Assembly (NCBI GenBank): GCA_964016885.1
Contig: OZ024742.1
Span: 176,452,001 to 176,516,000 of the forward strand
DNA length: 64,000 nt
Source of the DNA: Eledone cirrhosa
Taxonomy: Eukaryota
Direction: 5' to 3'
Below the pieces are notes generated by a model that saw only the letters and a list, made by a program, of their open reading frames with translations, did not search any database and was not told where the DNA came from. The position numbers and the translations under genes were made by a program. Of the stretch, positions 23,908 through 36,923 are shown in pieces. Each line of letters begins with the position of its first letter. Position 1 is the stretch's first letter.

Positions 23908-23965
23908 TGTATGTATATATACATACATATATATACATATATATCTATGTATAAATATATGTATA
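22995..23965. repeat. (TA)n-rich compound satellite with ~255-bp higher-order duplication
   Basis: gtatttaataaatatattgcata...cacaaatatacctg recurs near 23063 and 23314, with a partial third copy near 23510. Confidence 0.8.
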
Positions 23966-24638
23966 AATAGAGGTGTAACACGAGTTATGATATATTGGTA
24001 AAAGGAAAATAAAATGCTGACAAATTGTTCCCAGTGAAAAATAGTTTAATTAAGAATAAGTAAAAATTAGTAATAGTATTGGTTAGTATTCAGTTTGGTT
24101 TTAAGTTTTACCGGTTGCGCATTTCTAATGCTTTTCAAAAATAACTTTGAGATAGAGCTCCCGTGATGTTTGCTCTAATCTGATTAGTTTTGGAAATTCT
24201 ACCTGTTTTTATGTGAAAAAAGTGGCTCCAGATGTATGAAAACATTCTTGTGGTCAAAATAATTTTGATTGGTCGCTAGAGGTCATGTGAATGTTAAAAA
24301 TTGATTTTGCGCCAAATGTAGGTGTGTCTCGGCTGATTGAGAAGTCACTGAAAAATAAGTATTTCAAGACAAATATGTGTGTGTGTGTGTAGTAGTAGTA
24401 AAGAGGTTCGTTGTTGTGATAATGGTCAGCAGGGATGTGTGTGCGAACCGCAGCCTGTTGACAGTTCAAATGCCTATTAAGACAAGTGTGTGTGTGTGTG
24501 TGTGTGTGTGTATGTCTCTTTGTATGTTAATGAGTAATTCGTGGTAGAGGGATGGTCAGTAGGAATGTGTCTGCACGTGTGTGGGGGATATTTTAACATG
24601 TTAAAAGATATTTTTCAGCTCTTGTCTTATACGGAGAA

Positions 24639-24672
<34 letters not shown>

Positions 24673-25059
24673 CTCTTTGTATGTTAATGTACGCGTGTGT
24701 ATGTGTCTTTATATACATATATATGTATGTATGTATGTATATATGTATATGCATGTATGCATACATTTGAAAAATATTTATGTTGTTATCTTTCCTAAAA
24801 GACATTTTAAGGTAGGAAAAGAAGTGTCTTTAAGACCGAAAGGAATGTAAGTGTTCATGCTGTTCAGATAAGTGTTTAGCCAAAGGCTCATATCGATAGT
24901 GTTGAAAAATATATAATATCTACCAACTTAATGTGTGTCTGTATGTATATATGTGTGTGTGTGTGTGTGTGTACGTATATACATGGAATACCAAAACTGA
25001 AGTACCATTGTAGCATTAGTGAAATGTTAATTGATGTCTTACTTATGAGACACCTTGTG

Positions 25060-25137
<78 letters not shown>

Positions 25138-25138
25138 T

Positions 25139-25180
<42 letters not shown>

Positions 25181-25430
25181 AGGTCCGTTGCATTCTAGTT
25201 GGTATTCCAACATTCTCTACCTTCATATAATCATATATATATATGTATATGTTTATCATCATATATATATGTATATATACATATATATTTATATATATTT
25301 ATGTATAAGTGTATATGTATATAAATATGTATATGAATGTATATATAAATATAAATTTATATATATATTTCTATACATATATGTGTATGTGTGAGTGTAT
25401 TTATTTATGTTTCTATGTTCTAGCAAAACA

Positions 25431-25496
25431 AAAGCTTGTCATTAAAATTCCCTGGGCATTATTTTTGATATACATGTGTTTGTTCTTTTGTCCCTG

Positions 25497-25568
<72 letters not shown>

Positions 25569-25575
25569 ATGTATG

Positions 25576-25637
<62 letters not shown>

Positions 25638-25718
25638 ATCTGAGAGAGCGAGACAGGGACAAAAGAACAAACACATGTATATCAAAAATAATGCCAAGGG
25701 AATTTTAGTGACAAGCTT

Positions 25719-25720
<2 letters not shown>
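25431..25720. repeat. Fold-back: ~77-bp inverted arms around (TA)n
   Basis: aaagcttgtcattaaaattccc...tgtccctgtctctctctca and its reverse complement at 25641-25719. Confidence 0.9.
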
Positions 25721-25749
<29 letters not shown>

Positions 25750-26189
25750 TTCCCCAACATCATCATTACCATTTAACATCCATTTTCCATGCTAGCATGT
25801 GTTGTTTGTATGCATTTGTATATGTATGTATCTGTTCATGAATAAGTAAACCAAGTTTTATTAGTGAAATTTAAACAACTGCATTCTAGAATTACATGCT
25901 GAAATTTGGCTGAGTTTTCTATATTTTTACTGTTCCACTTATAAAATAGTATTCCAGCTGATTACTTCAATTGTTTGAAAACACTGCATTTTTAATATTA
26001 CTATTTATACATTTAATAGCTTAGGTAAGTGCAACAAAATATGTAGGTACATAGTGTGTTTGTATGTATGTACTTCTGATTTTATAATTTTATAAATGTT
26101 TACCAATAGAGAAAGAGTCGGCTTCTAACATAGTCACAGACCTCTCTCAATTCTTGTTTGACGGTGATCAGCTTATATTGAAGAGTTCT

Positions 26190-27390
26190 GGTTGTACTGT
26201 CACTAAACATCGTTTCTATTTTATTTTTCACTCTTTGATGGTGAGGAGTGTATTTTTTTGTGTTATTTTTTTCTATTTTAGTAATATATGATGGTGTTTT
26301 TGGCGGTGTTTTGTACTTGTTAACATCTCTGCTATCACCAAGATAATGTTTCACTGTTGTTGCCAGAGCATATAAACAGACATTGATTTGCCAAAATGTA
26401 GGGGCTTTAATTCTTTCTAAATATCCCACCCCCCCCATTTAATCAAGTATGCAGTATTTCATTATATGGTTTCATTTTGTTTAGTACTGTTGTTTTATTA
26501 CATTCCAAAAGAGAAATGTTTATATATTAATTCATTTTTCTCTGGAAGGTTTCTTTGACGGCATATTTCAATTGTTTGTACTCTTGATTTTCCAAGCTAA
26601 TGGCAGATGTATTATTATTACCAGTGTTTTCCACAACAGTCAAGGTAGAATCAGTTAATACATGTGGTGTCAAATTTCTTACTAGTCTAGTTGTTTCAAG
26701 GGACTGTTCCTGTATTACTGTTTGTTGATGTTCAACCTGGCTGATAGAAAGTTTACTAACATGGTCACTTGTAGTATGTGTTCTTGATTGCATGTTTGAT
26801 CAGGGGAGATTACAATGAATAATATTCATGTTATTTTACATTCAACAAATATTGCTTGTTCGCCTAATTGTCTAGCTGTGAAGTGATTTAGTTCTGGATG
26901 TATTTCCTTCCAGTATACTTTCATTCTGTTCATATAGACAATGAAGTAAATTTTTTGCCATTTTACAATAATTAAATAATTCATTATTAAGTTCGAAACT
27001 TTGCCTTTCATCCTTACAGGGTCGATAAAATAATGTACCAGTAATGCACTGGGTAATTGTTGGCCTTGTGCCAAAAGTAGAAACACTTATTAAGTTCGAA
27101 ACTCCAAGAGAAATGCAATTTATAATATCGGTTCCTTCTGTAGCTACAATTAAAGACATTTTGTTTACCTTTCTTCTTGTTGTTTTTCTTCAGTAAATTA
27201 ATGTTTTTGATGTTGAAATTGTGTTCAGTAATTCTGTTTGAAGCAAATCCTTGTAAAATGGATTTAGTCGTTCGTCAGGTATCTCTATACATTTGAATAA
27301 AAGGTGTCTTCAGTGACTATAGTTAAAAGAATATCCAGTTATTCAATAGAGCTGATATTTGTGGCATTACTGCTGGAGATGTTATTCATC
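26190..27390 (-). mobile_element. Decayed N-terminal fragment of an R4/Dong-type ORF
   Basis: YMNRMKVYWKEIHPELNHFTARQLGEQ and WQINVCLYALATTV resemble the N-terminal blocks of copies A and B. Confidence 0.55.
26984..27103 (+). mobile_element. 5'-truncated family-1 SINE with a 17-bp target-site duplication
   Basis: ttattaagttcgaaact at 26984-27000 and 27087-27103 flanks the SINE core. Confidence 0.85.
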
Positions 27391-27875
27391 TTAAATTTAA
27401 TGAATAGTCTCCCACACTAACATGTGGGACTATCATAAATAAATAGATATATTAAAAAATAACGCCCACACCGGAAAATGAATATATATTTAGCGACAGA
27501 TACTCAATGTGTATTATTATATTGGATAACATGTATTTGTGAACAATATCACCTTTGGATGTTTGAAATGATTAAGGTAATCCAACAGGCCACTTGATGG
27601 TTCATTGTATTGTCTCAAAGGTGAATGTGATTTGAGGTGTTTCTGCAATCAGCTTTTAAAATTTTAGAATTCTCTCTGCAGTGAATGTTTCTTATTGTAT
27701 CTTTTGTGTGTTTGATTCATTCATTACTAGCGGAGTTCAGAAATCTTTCATATAATGTGTGACTCTTGGCCTTAGAAATAGAGAGGTATAGTGTATATGT
27801 GAAAGTGATACTCCTTGAAACAAAGCGGCCTTTGCCATTGGAATAACAGCATAGCTATTAACATGCATTTCATAT

Positions 27876-28037
27876 ATGACTACAACTTCTACTACTGTTG
27901 CTGCTGCTGCTGCTGCTACTATTACCATTGCTGATGCTGCTGCGGCTGCTGCTACACTACTACTACTACTACTAATTCTGCTGCTTCTGCTGCTACTCCT
28001 ACTACTACTACTGCTGCTGCTGCTACTGCTGCTGCTG

Positions 28038-28097
<60 letters not shown>
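27876..28097. repeat. (CTG)n/(CTA)n trinucleotide tract
   Basis: Direct inspection. Confidence 0.9.
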
Positions 28098-28298
28098 GTG
28101 GGCGCGTGATGTATTTCATACTCATCATGGGGTCCTTTTTAATGTCACTTTTTACAGCAGGATGACTTTCTTTGCACCAACCCTTTTAATTGTCCATTAG
28201 AATATTTAGAGATACAGTGGAGTTACTCTAATTCAGATACACAGAGCAACACCGTGTTATGTTGCACTTATTCTCAAATGTCATTGAGTGAACAGTAC

Positions 28299-28650
28299 TG
28301 GGATATGGTGAACCTATTCTAAACCATGTTACACAGATAACACAAGGATACAGTTTACCTATTGTAAACCAGGTACAAAAATACAGAGCCACAGTGTAGG
28401 TATGGTAAACTGTGATACCCACATAAACACAGGGATATAGTGTACCTATTCTAAACCCTGATACACATGGCAATATAGGGACATAGTGTACCTCTTCCAA
28501 ACCCTAATACATTCAGCATCACAGGGATACATTGCACCTATTGTAAACCTGGTTGCAGTTAACAACACAGGGATAAGGTGTACCCATTTTAAACCTGATA
28601 TACACAGCAACACGGGAATACAATGAACCTATCCAAAGACAGATATACAG
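28299..28650. repeat. Degenerate ~45-46-bp minisatellite, 7-8 units
   Basis: cagggatatagtgtacctattctaaacc-like core near 28299, 28343, 28430, 28476, 28522, 28568 and 28612. Confidence 0.8.
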
Positions 28651-29257
28651 AAACAATTTTTTTTTATTTGAGAGAATACTGTAGCTGTGAATTAGATTCA
28701 ACTTGATGAGGTTTTATAGGAGAAGTGTCAGTCAAGTTTAAAATTTCTCTTTGGCTGTGTATAGTCAGCTTCCTTAAAGATTTTACTGAGATTTTAATAT
28801 CTGTCTTTTACTTGGAGCATAATGTGCATTATTGAATAACTGGTAAAGAGAACTAAATTACTGGTATTCTTGTAATTATACCAATGACACATCAAACATG
28901 AGGAACAGAAACAAGGTTGTGGACTTTATATACTGGGAAATGGTTGTTATTGTTTTTAATCATAGTTACACTAATTATTGAATTGACTTCTGATCAAAAA
29001 TATTCAAACCATGACCAACTTGGATTATATTTATAAATAATACATCTAGAAAACAATAATGATTTAGTGTGTCTAAATTTGTTTAAATTAGTATTGTCTG
29101 ATTCGAGGGGGATTTGTCTTCTATTTCTCGTAAGTAGAAGAACCACATAGGCTTCACTCCATGAACAGAGAGACCAGACTATAGCATCTGACGTCTGACA
29201 ATTGAATATGTGTTGTGGACTCCAGTGACTGAGGTTTATTATCAAATGAAAGAGAGT

Positions 29258-29440
29258 GATGGATGGGCAGAATTCTTAGAGTGCTGGACAACATGTTTTT
29301 TCCCACCAAGGTCAGCTTTGCCTTTCTTCCTTCCAGGATCAATAAAAGAAAGTATCTGTCACTTACTAGGGACAATGTAATCGACTTTCCCTTTCCCCTA
29401 AATTGCTGGCCTTGTGCCTATGTTAGAAATCATTATTATA
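29258..29440 (+). mobile_element. Decayed family-1 SINE
   Basis: ctttgcctttcttccttccaggatcaataaaagaaagta...aattgctggccttgtgcct...gaaatcattatta. Confidence 0.7.
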
Positions 29441-30398
29441 CCAATGCCTAAGGACTGTGGATTGGCAGTATCATGAGACCGCATACTAACCAATGCATTG
29501 CACACATTCCGCTTCATAGCAAATGTCACTATTTTAATTCATCCAATTTAACCTCGGTTGCATTGCAATTTTCCAAGTTCTATATATTGTATAGCCAATG
29601 GATATCAATAAAATATTCGATGGTAAAATATCAGGAAACTGTTAACCCTTTTCACAGCTGCTGGCAATATCTTTAATGATGACTTCATCTAAATATTCTG
29701 AACTGTAAATCTTGCTGTCAATTGTTGAAATTGAAACTAGTGGCCATCACATAAAACATATGAGAGAAAAGAAATATTAGCACAGAGTTATATTCAAGTA
29801 AATTTTGCTTTAGATAGAATTTCAGAAGCTTTCGGCTATTCTGAAACTTGACATTAGTAGAGTGAGTTTCAACTGTTTGAGGTGGGGTGGAGGAGAAATA
29901 TCCATTTCAAATATTTTTTGTTTATCACTAAAGAATTATTGAGTTATGGTTTCCAAAGTTTTATGTCAAAATTTATTGGCAACTACTGTTATTCAGTTAA
30001 AATCTAAACTTTATACAATCAGATGTTGACATAATCTGGTGAATTTTCTTGACTGTTTCCTATATTTCCCTGTGTGTTATACAATCCTTGTTTTGGAAGC
30101 TAAAAATGGAAATAGATTACATCCGTGTGTACAATAGGATCCAGGAGTACAGTCATGTCTATGAAAATCTTTATGCAAACTTGCGTCATGTTATTCATTA
30201 AAATTTTGATCTCTTTCAATATTAATATCACGGCAGGGCAAGATGGCTGCTGATCATTGAAAACATTATGATATACTCACTATACTACTTATTTTATTTA
30301 TATAAACCAAATTGTTGACTGAGGATCAAGATGTATTTAACATGATGAAATTAACAGTTTTGTTCAATTTAATTCTGGTTTACCAAATTATATTATAT

Positions 30399-30436
<38 letters not shown>

Positions 30437-30445
30437 TGTTTAATT

Positions 30446-32524
30446 TCCAGACAGAGAGTGACCTGGTGGTGGAACAGCACGGTAGATAAGGCCATTAGAG
30501 ACAAAAGACTGGCATGGAAGGCTTGAAAAAAATAGTGGGAGTAGGGAAGGATACACAGCCGCTAAGAGAGAAGCAAGACATCAGGTGTACTAAGCACGCA
30601 GGGTGACTGAGAGTAGGAGGTTTTCCAATGTTCTGCGATGTGAAAATCAGATTGTGCGGTGTTCCGCATTGCAAGGCAGTGTGGCAGTGCAAATCAGGAT
30701 GTTGTTTGAGATAAATGCGTCCAGAATGATGCCGGTGTACTTAGTGCCACGAATGATAAAAAAAAGGAGGCCTGGAAATGTCACTATGAGAGACTGATGA
30801 ATGTGGAGAATGAATGGGAGAGAGAGTAATTACGCCCAGTAGACCCAACAGACGAGCCAGCTATTGCGATTGACGAATATAGGGTACAAGAGGCAATTAA
30901 GGAAATGAAGAATGGTAAGGCTGCTGGACCGTTGGGGATAGTTGCTGAGATGCTGAAGGCATCAGGAGAAGTAGGCTGGAGAAGTAGACTGGTTGCACGC
31001 ATTATCAATCAAGCTATATATGGTGGTGTCATACCCAAAGACTGGTGTAGCAGTATTCTCATAAATTGCTCTAGAGAGGAGCAATTATAAGGGCATAAAG
31101 CTGATGGATCAAGTTATGAAAGTGGCAGAGAGAATATTAGCGCAACTGATTAGAGAAAGGGTCAAATTAGATGAGATGCAGTTTGGTTTTCTGCCCCGGA
31201 AAAGTACAACAGAAGTTCTTAGAGAAGAATAAGCCACTATACTTAGCTTTTGTTGACCTAGAGAAGGCCTTTGATAGAGTACTCCGATCTGTCATCTGGT
31301 GGTCCCTAAGGAAACTAGGTGTAGAGGAATGGCTTGTGAGGACAGTGCAAGCTATGTACAGAGGTGCTGTTAGTAAAGTGAGAGTAGGCATGGAGTTTAG
31401 TGAGGAATTCCAGATACAAGTAGATGTACATCAGGGTTCGGTCCTTAGCCCGCTATCGTTCATTATATTCCTCAAAGCAATAAAAGAAGAGTTTAAGACT
31501 GGATGTCCATGGGAACTTCTCTATACTGACGATCTGGTTTTTATGGCAGAATGAGTAGAGGAGCTAGAGAATAAATTCTAGCCATGGAAACAACAGTTGG
31601 AATCAATAGGTCTGAGAGTGAACATAGCTAAGACAAAAGTGTGGATAAGTAGAAGATAGGACAATACTCTGATTCCATCGGGTAAATGGCCATGTTCGAT
31701 ATGTAGGAAAGGAATTGGCATACATTCCATAAAAAGTACGCAGTGCAGATCTTGGGTACACATAGCGATGTAGTTTGATAGCAGGCAAACTAACAGGTAG
31801 GGAAAACTACGTATGCCGTAGATGTACAGGGAAAGTTGACAGTAGTAATCGCAGCGATAGACGCATTTTTGCAATGCAGGTGGGTTCTATAGAAGTGGTT
31901 GATAGCTTCCGGTACCTAGGTGATCAGATTAGCATGGGAGGTTGTGTTCCGAGGCTATAGTATCTAGAATAAGGACGGGTTGGAAGAAGTTTAGGGAGCT
32001 GCTTCCTCTGTTAACAAAGAAGGGTTTCTCCCTGCATACGAAAGTACGGTTATATGATGCATGTGTGAGATGTGCGATGCTGCACGGTAGTGAGATATGG
32101 GCAGCAACTGCAGAGGATATGCGACGGATGGAGAGAAATGAAGCAAGTACACTCCGTTGGCTGTGCAATGTCAATATGTGTGAACGTCCAAGCATAGACG
32201 AGTTGAGAAAGAAACTGGGTATAAGAGAGATAAGTTGTTGTATGCAGGAGAGAAGGCTGAGATGGTGTGGACATGTGATGCACATGGAGGATGACCGCTG
32301 GGTATAGAAGTGCCAAGAAATCCCAGTAGAAGGAAAACGCAGTAGAGGTAGACGACGAAAAACATGGGCGAAGTGGTAAGAGCAGACCTCAGATCGCTGA
32401 AACTCACCGAGGAGACGACGAAGGACCGTGACAAGTGGAGAGATGCTGTGCTGAATAGGACCTGTCCAACCCTTGCAAGGAGGGAAAAGCAGACGTAAAA
32501 TGATGATGATGATGATGATGATGA
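30446..32524 (+). mobile_element. 5'-truncated, degenerate RTE LINE from a subfamily related to 1-3765
   Basis: MKNGKAAGP, AFVDLEKAFD, HQGSVLSP, LLYTDD, decayed PHD (WPCSICRKG...CRRC), RRLRWCGHV; (GAT)n tail. Confidence 0.92.
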
Positions 32525-32643
32525 TATATGTGAGAATATTTGAAATGTGGTTGTGACAAAGGAAATGAATATTGCTATAATCATTTACATTGGGATGATT
32601 ACATTTCATACACACACACACACATACATATTATACATATATA

Positions 32644-35600
32644 CGTATGAAAAAAAAAGGAAAAATCAGTGATGCATCTGGACTCTGTTTGTTGCGTTAC
32701 AATTGTTTCGCTGGCAGGTAGCTCGAGACATGATCACTGTCTGGATCTGGCTGATTCTACGCTTGCAGGTTCCTTCGGACACATGCAATTCTTTCGGAGC
32801 AAATTTTCTCACTGGGGTGCTGTCATAAAAAAACACCTTCAAAAAACATCTTCCACTCTTGTCATGCCATTGGCTGTTGTTTTTCTACGTAATCATAAAC
32901 TCTGGTCACTATTTACTGCTACACTGGTCATCAACCTGATGACATTATACGCCCCGTGTGGCAAACCTAAATAAACCAAGGTGCACACCGGACCGCGCAC
33001 GGAACATTGGGCAGGTACATCGCATATGGCGGGACCGAATGACAGGGAGTCCACGGTCGTTCAGTCAAATACCCCAAATATATAGAACAGCACACTCCAA
33101 CCACAGCGACATGCCCCAAGGTGATCGGGCCAAGCGTCCCCATGAATGTGTACCCCGTCAATCGTGACTATATACTCTTCACATGTTCCAGTTTGGAACT
33201 ATTATTATTATTATTAAAATTATTGTTTTTTGAGTCTCAGTCATTGATGTTAGTTAACTGGAAAGTTTGTTGAAATGAATATCAAACCACTACCTGCAGC
33301 CTCAGATATTCAGGACGTATCGGAGGGTTCTTGCTGTTCCCAGCAAGCATGCATTTTGAAGCGTTCCAAAAAGCATGGCAGGGCCAATTTTCTTTAATCA
33401 TCCCTGGAAACTTTTTGAGATAGTACTTAATGCACCTATGACAATCAGGACCACTTTGACTTCATGGCAGTTCCAAATCCTTTTTACTTCCCACTTTAAG
33501 TCTTGGTATCGGTTAATTTTCTCCCTCTCCTTCTCTTGCACTCTCGTGTCGAATGGGCAGGCCACATTCACAATCAGGCACGATCTTTTTTCCTTGTCCA
33601 AAACCACCAGGTCAGGTCTATTGTGTTTCAGTTTCTTTCCCGTCTGTATACTAAAATCCCACAGCACCTTCACCTGATGGTTTTCTATCTCCGACTCTGG
33701 CTTATGCCCATACCACTTCTCAGAAAGTGGTAAATTGTTTACTTTGCATAGGTGCCAGTGGATCACCTTGCCCATCACATCATGTCTCCAGCCCTTATAG
33801 TGAGTCTGGGCTAGGTGTTTACACTCGGATATAATGTGAGCCACAGTCTCCTCTCTCTCTCCACAGATCCTGCACAGTGGGCTAGCCTCCTCCTTGTAAA
33901 TATGGTGTTACAACCACTTCGTTTTGAGAGTCTGCTCTTGCGCAGCCATTAACATTCCTTCCGTAGCCTTTTTAAGGTCTCCTCTTTTCAACCAGTTCCA
34001 TGTCTGTGGATCTCTGAATTCAGTTTTCTCAAAGAAGGTACTATGAAGCGATTTTTCATGAAGGCTGCTCTTTCTCCTTGTTGTTATTTCCTCCTTGGAC
34101 ATCCCCTGGTCTATTGTCCACCTCTTCAGTACAATTATGAGTATTGGCTCCTTACTATCAGTCACGTATTTGTGTAGGTTGTTTTTCTCCATCTGAACAC
34201 AGTCCTCTATGCTGATAAGACCTCTTCCACCCTCAGATCTCCTTAAGTAGAGTCTATCGACATCACTCCTCTTGTGGAACATGTTGTAGATAGTCAATAG
34301 CTTCCTAGTCTTCCTATCCATTTCTTTTTGTTCAGCAACATTCCATCTCAGAATTCCCGCACTGTACCTAATAATAGACACAGCTCGGGAATTTACTGCA
34401 CTTATGGCATTCCTACTGTTCAGATGTGACTTTAATACGCTCTTTATTCTCCGAAGGTATTCAGTTCTTATCAATTCCTTCATTTTTTTGTTCTTGATGT
34501 CATCAGTCTCCAGAACACCCAAATACTTGTATCCTTCTTCAGTGTCAATTTCCTTTATGATCTCACCTGTTGGTACCTGGATTCCGTTGCTTCTGCTCAA
34601 TTTACCCCTCTTCATCACAAGGACTCCACACTTACTAACACCAAATTGTATACATATATCATTGCTGAAAATACGGACAATGTCAACAAGCACATCCAAC
34701 TCCTTCTCACTCTTCCCGAAGAGCTTAAGATCGTCCATGAAGAGGAGGTGATTGATGGTAAGCTCTCCCTTTCCCAACTTGTATCCTGCTCTCACTTTTC
34801 GCAGTATAATGGTCAGGACCATCAGGGCAAGGACAAACAACAGAGGGGACAGACTATCTTCCTGGAAGATACCTCTCTTGATCTTCACGCCTCCCAAGGA
34901 TTCTCCAGCTGATGTTAGCTCTGTTTCCCAGAACTTCATACTTTTGCCCAACAACTGTCTAATATAATCTGCCACCTTGAAGATCTCTAGGTTTTGGTGA
35001 TCCAAGAATGAGGCACCATGTCAAATGCCTTTTTGTAGTCTATCCATCCCATGGCAAGACCAGTGTGTCTCCTCTTGCAATTCCTCATTACCATCTTATC
35101 AATAAGTAACTGGTCCTTTGTACCACGGGACTTCTTTCGGCATCCTTTCTGTTCGTCCGGTAACAAGTTGTTTGTGTGGAGGTGATGGTAGATTTCCTCA
35201 GACACAATGCTCGTCAACAGTTTCCACATTACGGACAGACATATGATAGGTCTATAGTTGGTAACATCATTACCCTTCATTCGGTCTGTCATTACCAGAA
35301 ATATGGTACATTTTGTAAACCACTCTGGTACCTCACCTGACATCAAGCAGCCATTGAACGGGAGGAGGGATGTTATATTTTTAATCCAATACCACTGCAC
35401 ACCATCTGGGCCTGGTGATTTCCAGTTCGTTAGTATTTTGGCCTGCCCCTTAAGAGTTTCAACTGTGAAACTAAAATCAGTTTGTTGGTGTGCCTGTTCA
35501 CTAATCTCCTTCTGTACTGTCTCAATCCACACTGCCTGGTCATTATGTTTAACATCCTGCTCCCATATTCCTCTCCAGAATATCTTAGTTTGTTCCGCCT

Positions 35601-36587
35601 CAGGGATCAAGTCGTTGCCTCTTTCTTTCCCATCAAGCTGTCCAAACAGCATCTTCTGTTTGTTGTCAAACATGCGGTTATGTCTATACTGACTGACTCT
35701 GCTCTCGTATCGCCTAATATTTGCACTCTGTGCTACAATGCGTTGCTTCAGTTCCACAATGTTAATATTTAGCTTTTTCCTTCTAGTTTTCTACTTTATT
35801 TCCAGTCTATTTTTAGTGTCTATGTTTTTTAGTGTCCCATTCAGTAGGGATTCAAGCTTTCCAATGTCATTTCTCATTTCTCTCATTTGACCATTCAGTC
35901 GTTTCTTCCACCAAGGTTCTGATCTTTCTTGTTTGTTGTTTCCTCTCGCTTTTATGCCAAGTAATTTCCTCACCGCATTTGCTGTTGCTTTGAGGATATT
36001 GTTGCACTGGTGAAGGCTCCTCGCCTCAAAGTATGGGATGACTTTGTTTACCTTAGCTGTTGTTTCTTTTAACTTTTTCCTGTCTACAAATCTTAGGTTC
36101 ATAGGTTTCGAACTATCATTGTTCAATCATCTACCACTAAGTTTAGGATATCAACCAAATCTTGTCCTAGCCCGTTAGCATTCATCTCCTCAATGGCCGT
36201 ATCTTTGTTCCAGCTATTATTTATTTCAGAATTCAGATCATTGTCTGCTTCGGATGGTTCCTCCGTTCTCTCAACCTCTTCACCTTCATTTCCCACTAGC
36301 TCGTTTGCCTGGCATACTCCACTCTCCATTTCCAACCTAATCTCTCTGCTCAGTTCCTCCAGTTCCAGCTCGCTTATCCACCCATTAGTTCTTATCACCC
36401 GAGCCTGCCCGGCCAATTTTTGGTCATCTAATTTAAATCGACCAATCTCGTTCCAGATGTTATGCATCCGTTTCCTATAGCCTTTCTCCTTGGGGTTACT
36501 CTTCAGGTAACATTGCCTAACAGTTCTATTCAATTCTTTCGTCCAGTTGGTTCTGGTCCCTTTCCTTCTTTATTATTATTACAATTA

Positions 36588-36646
<59 letters not shown>

Positions 36647-36879
36647 GTTATTATTGTTTGTTCCATACACGGACCTAAGTTTACACCTCATACTACCTGT
36701 GTGTAGTATATCACACGAATACACGTACCTTCTCCTTTACCTCACCCCCTTTTTATATATCTCTTTGTGAAGTTATATACAGATTTTAATGTATTTTAAC
36801 ATATTGTAAATTTATTTTATTTTATTATCTTATTGTTTTTATATGTGTTTATGTGTAGACCTGTGCGTATGTGTGTGTG

Positions 36880-36923
<44 letters not shown>

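Noticed and set aside
22934-25776. Many YI/VC-repeat ORFs (also at 36.8-38.4, 39.5-40.1, 52.5-53.4, 55.8-56.6 and 63.6-64 kb)
   Set aside because: Translations of (TA)n/(TG)n microsatellites
27876-28109. Poly-Ala/Leu membrane peptide
   Set aside because: Trinucleotide repeat with no gene context
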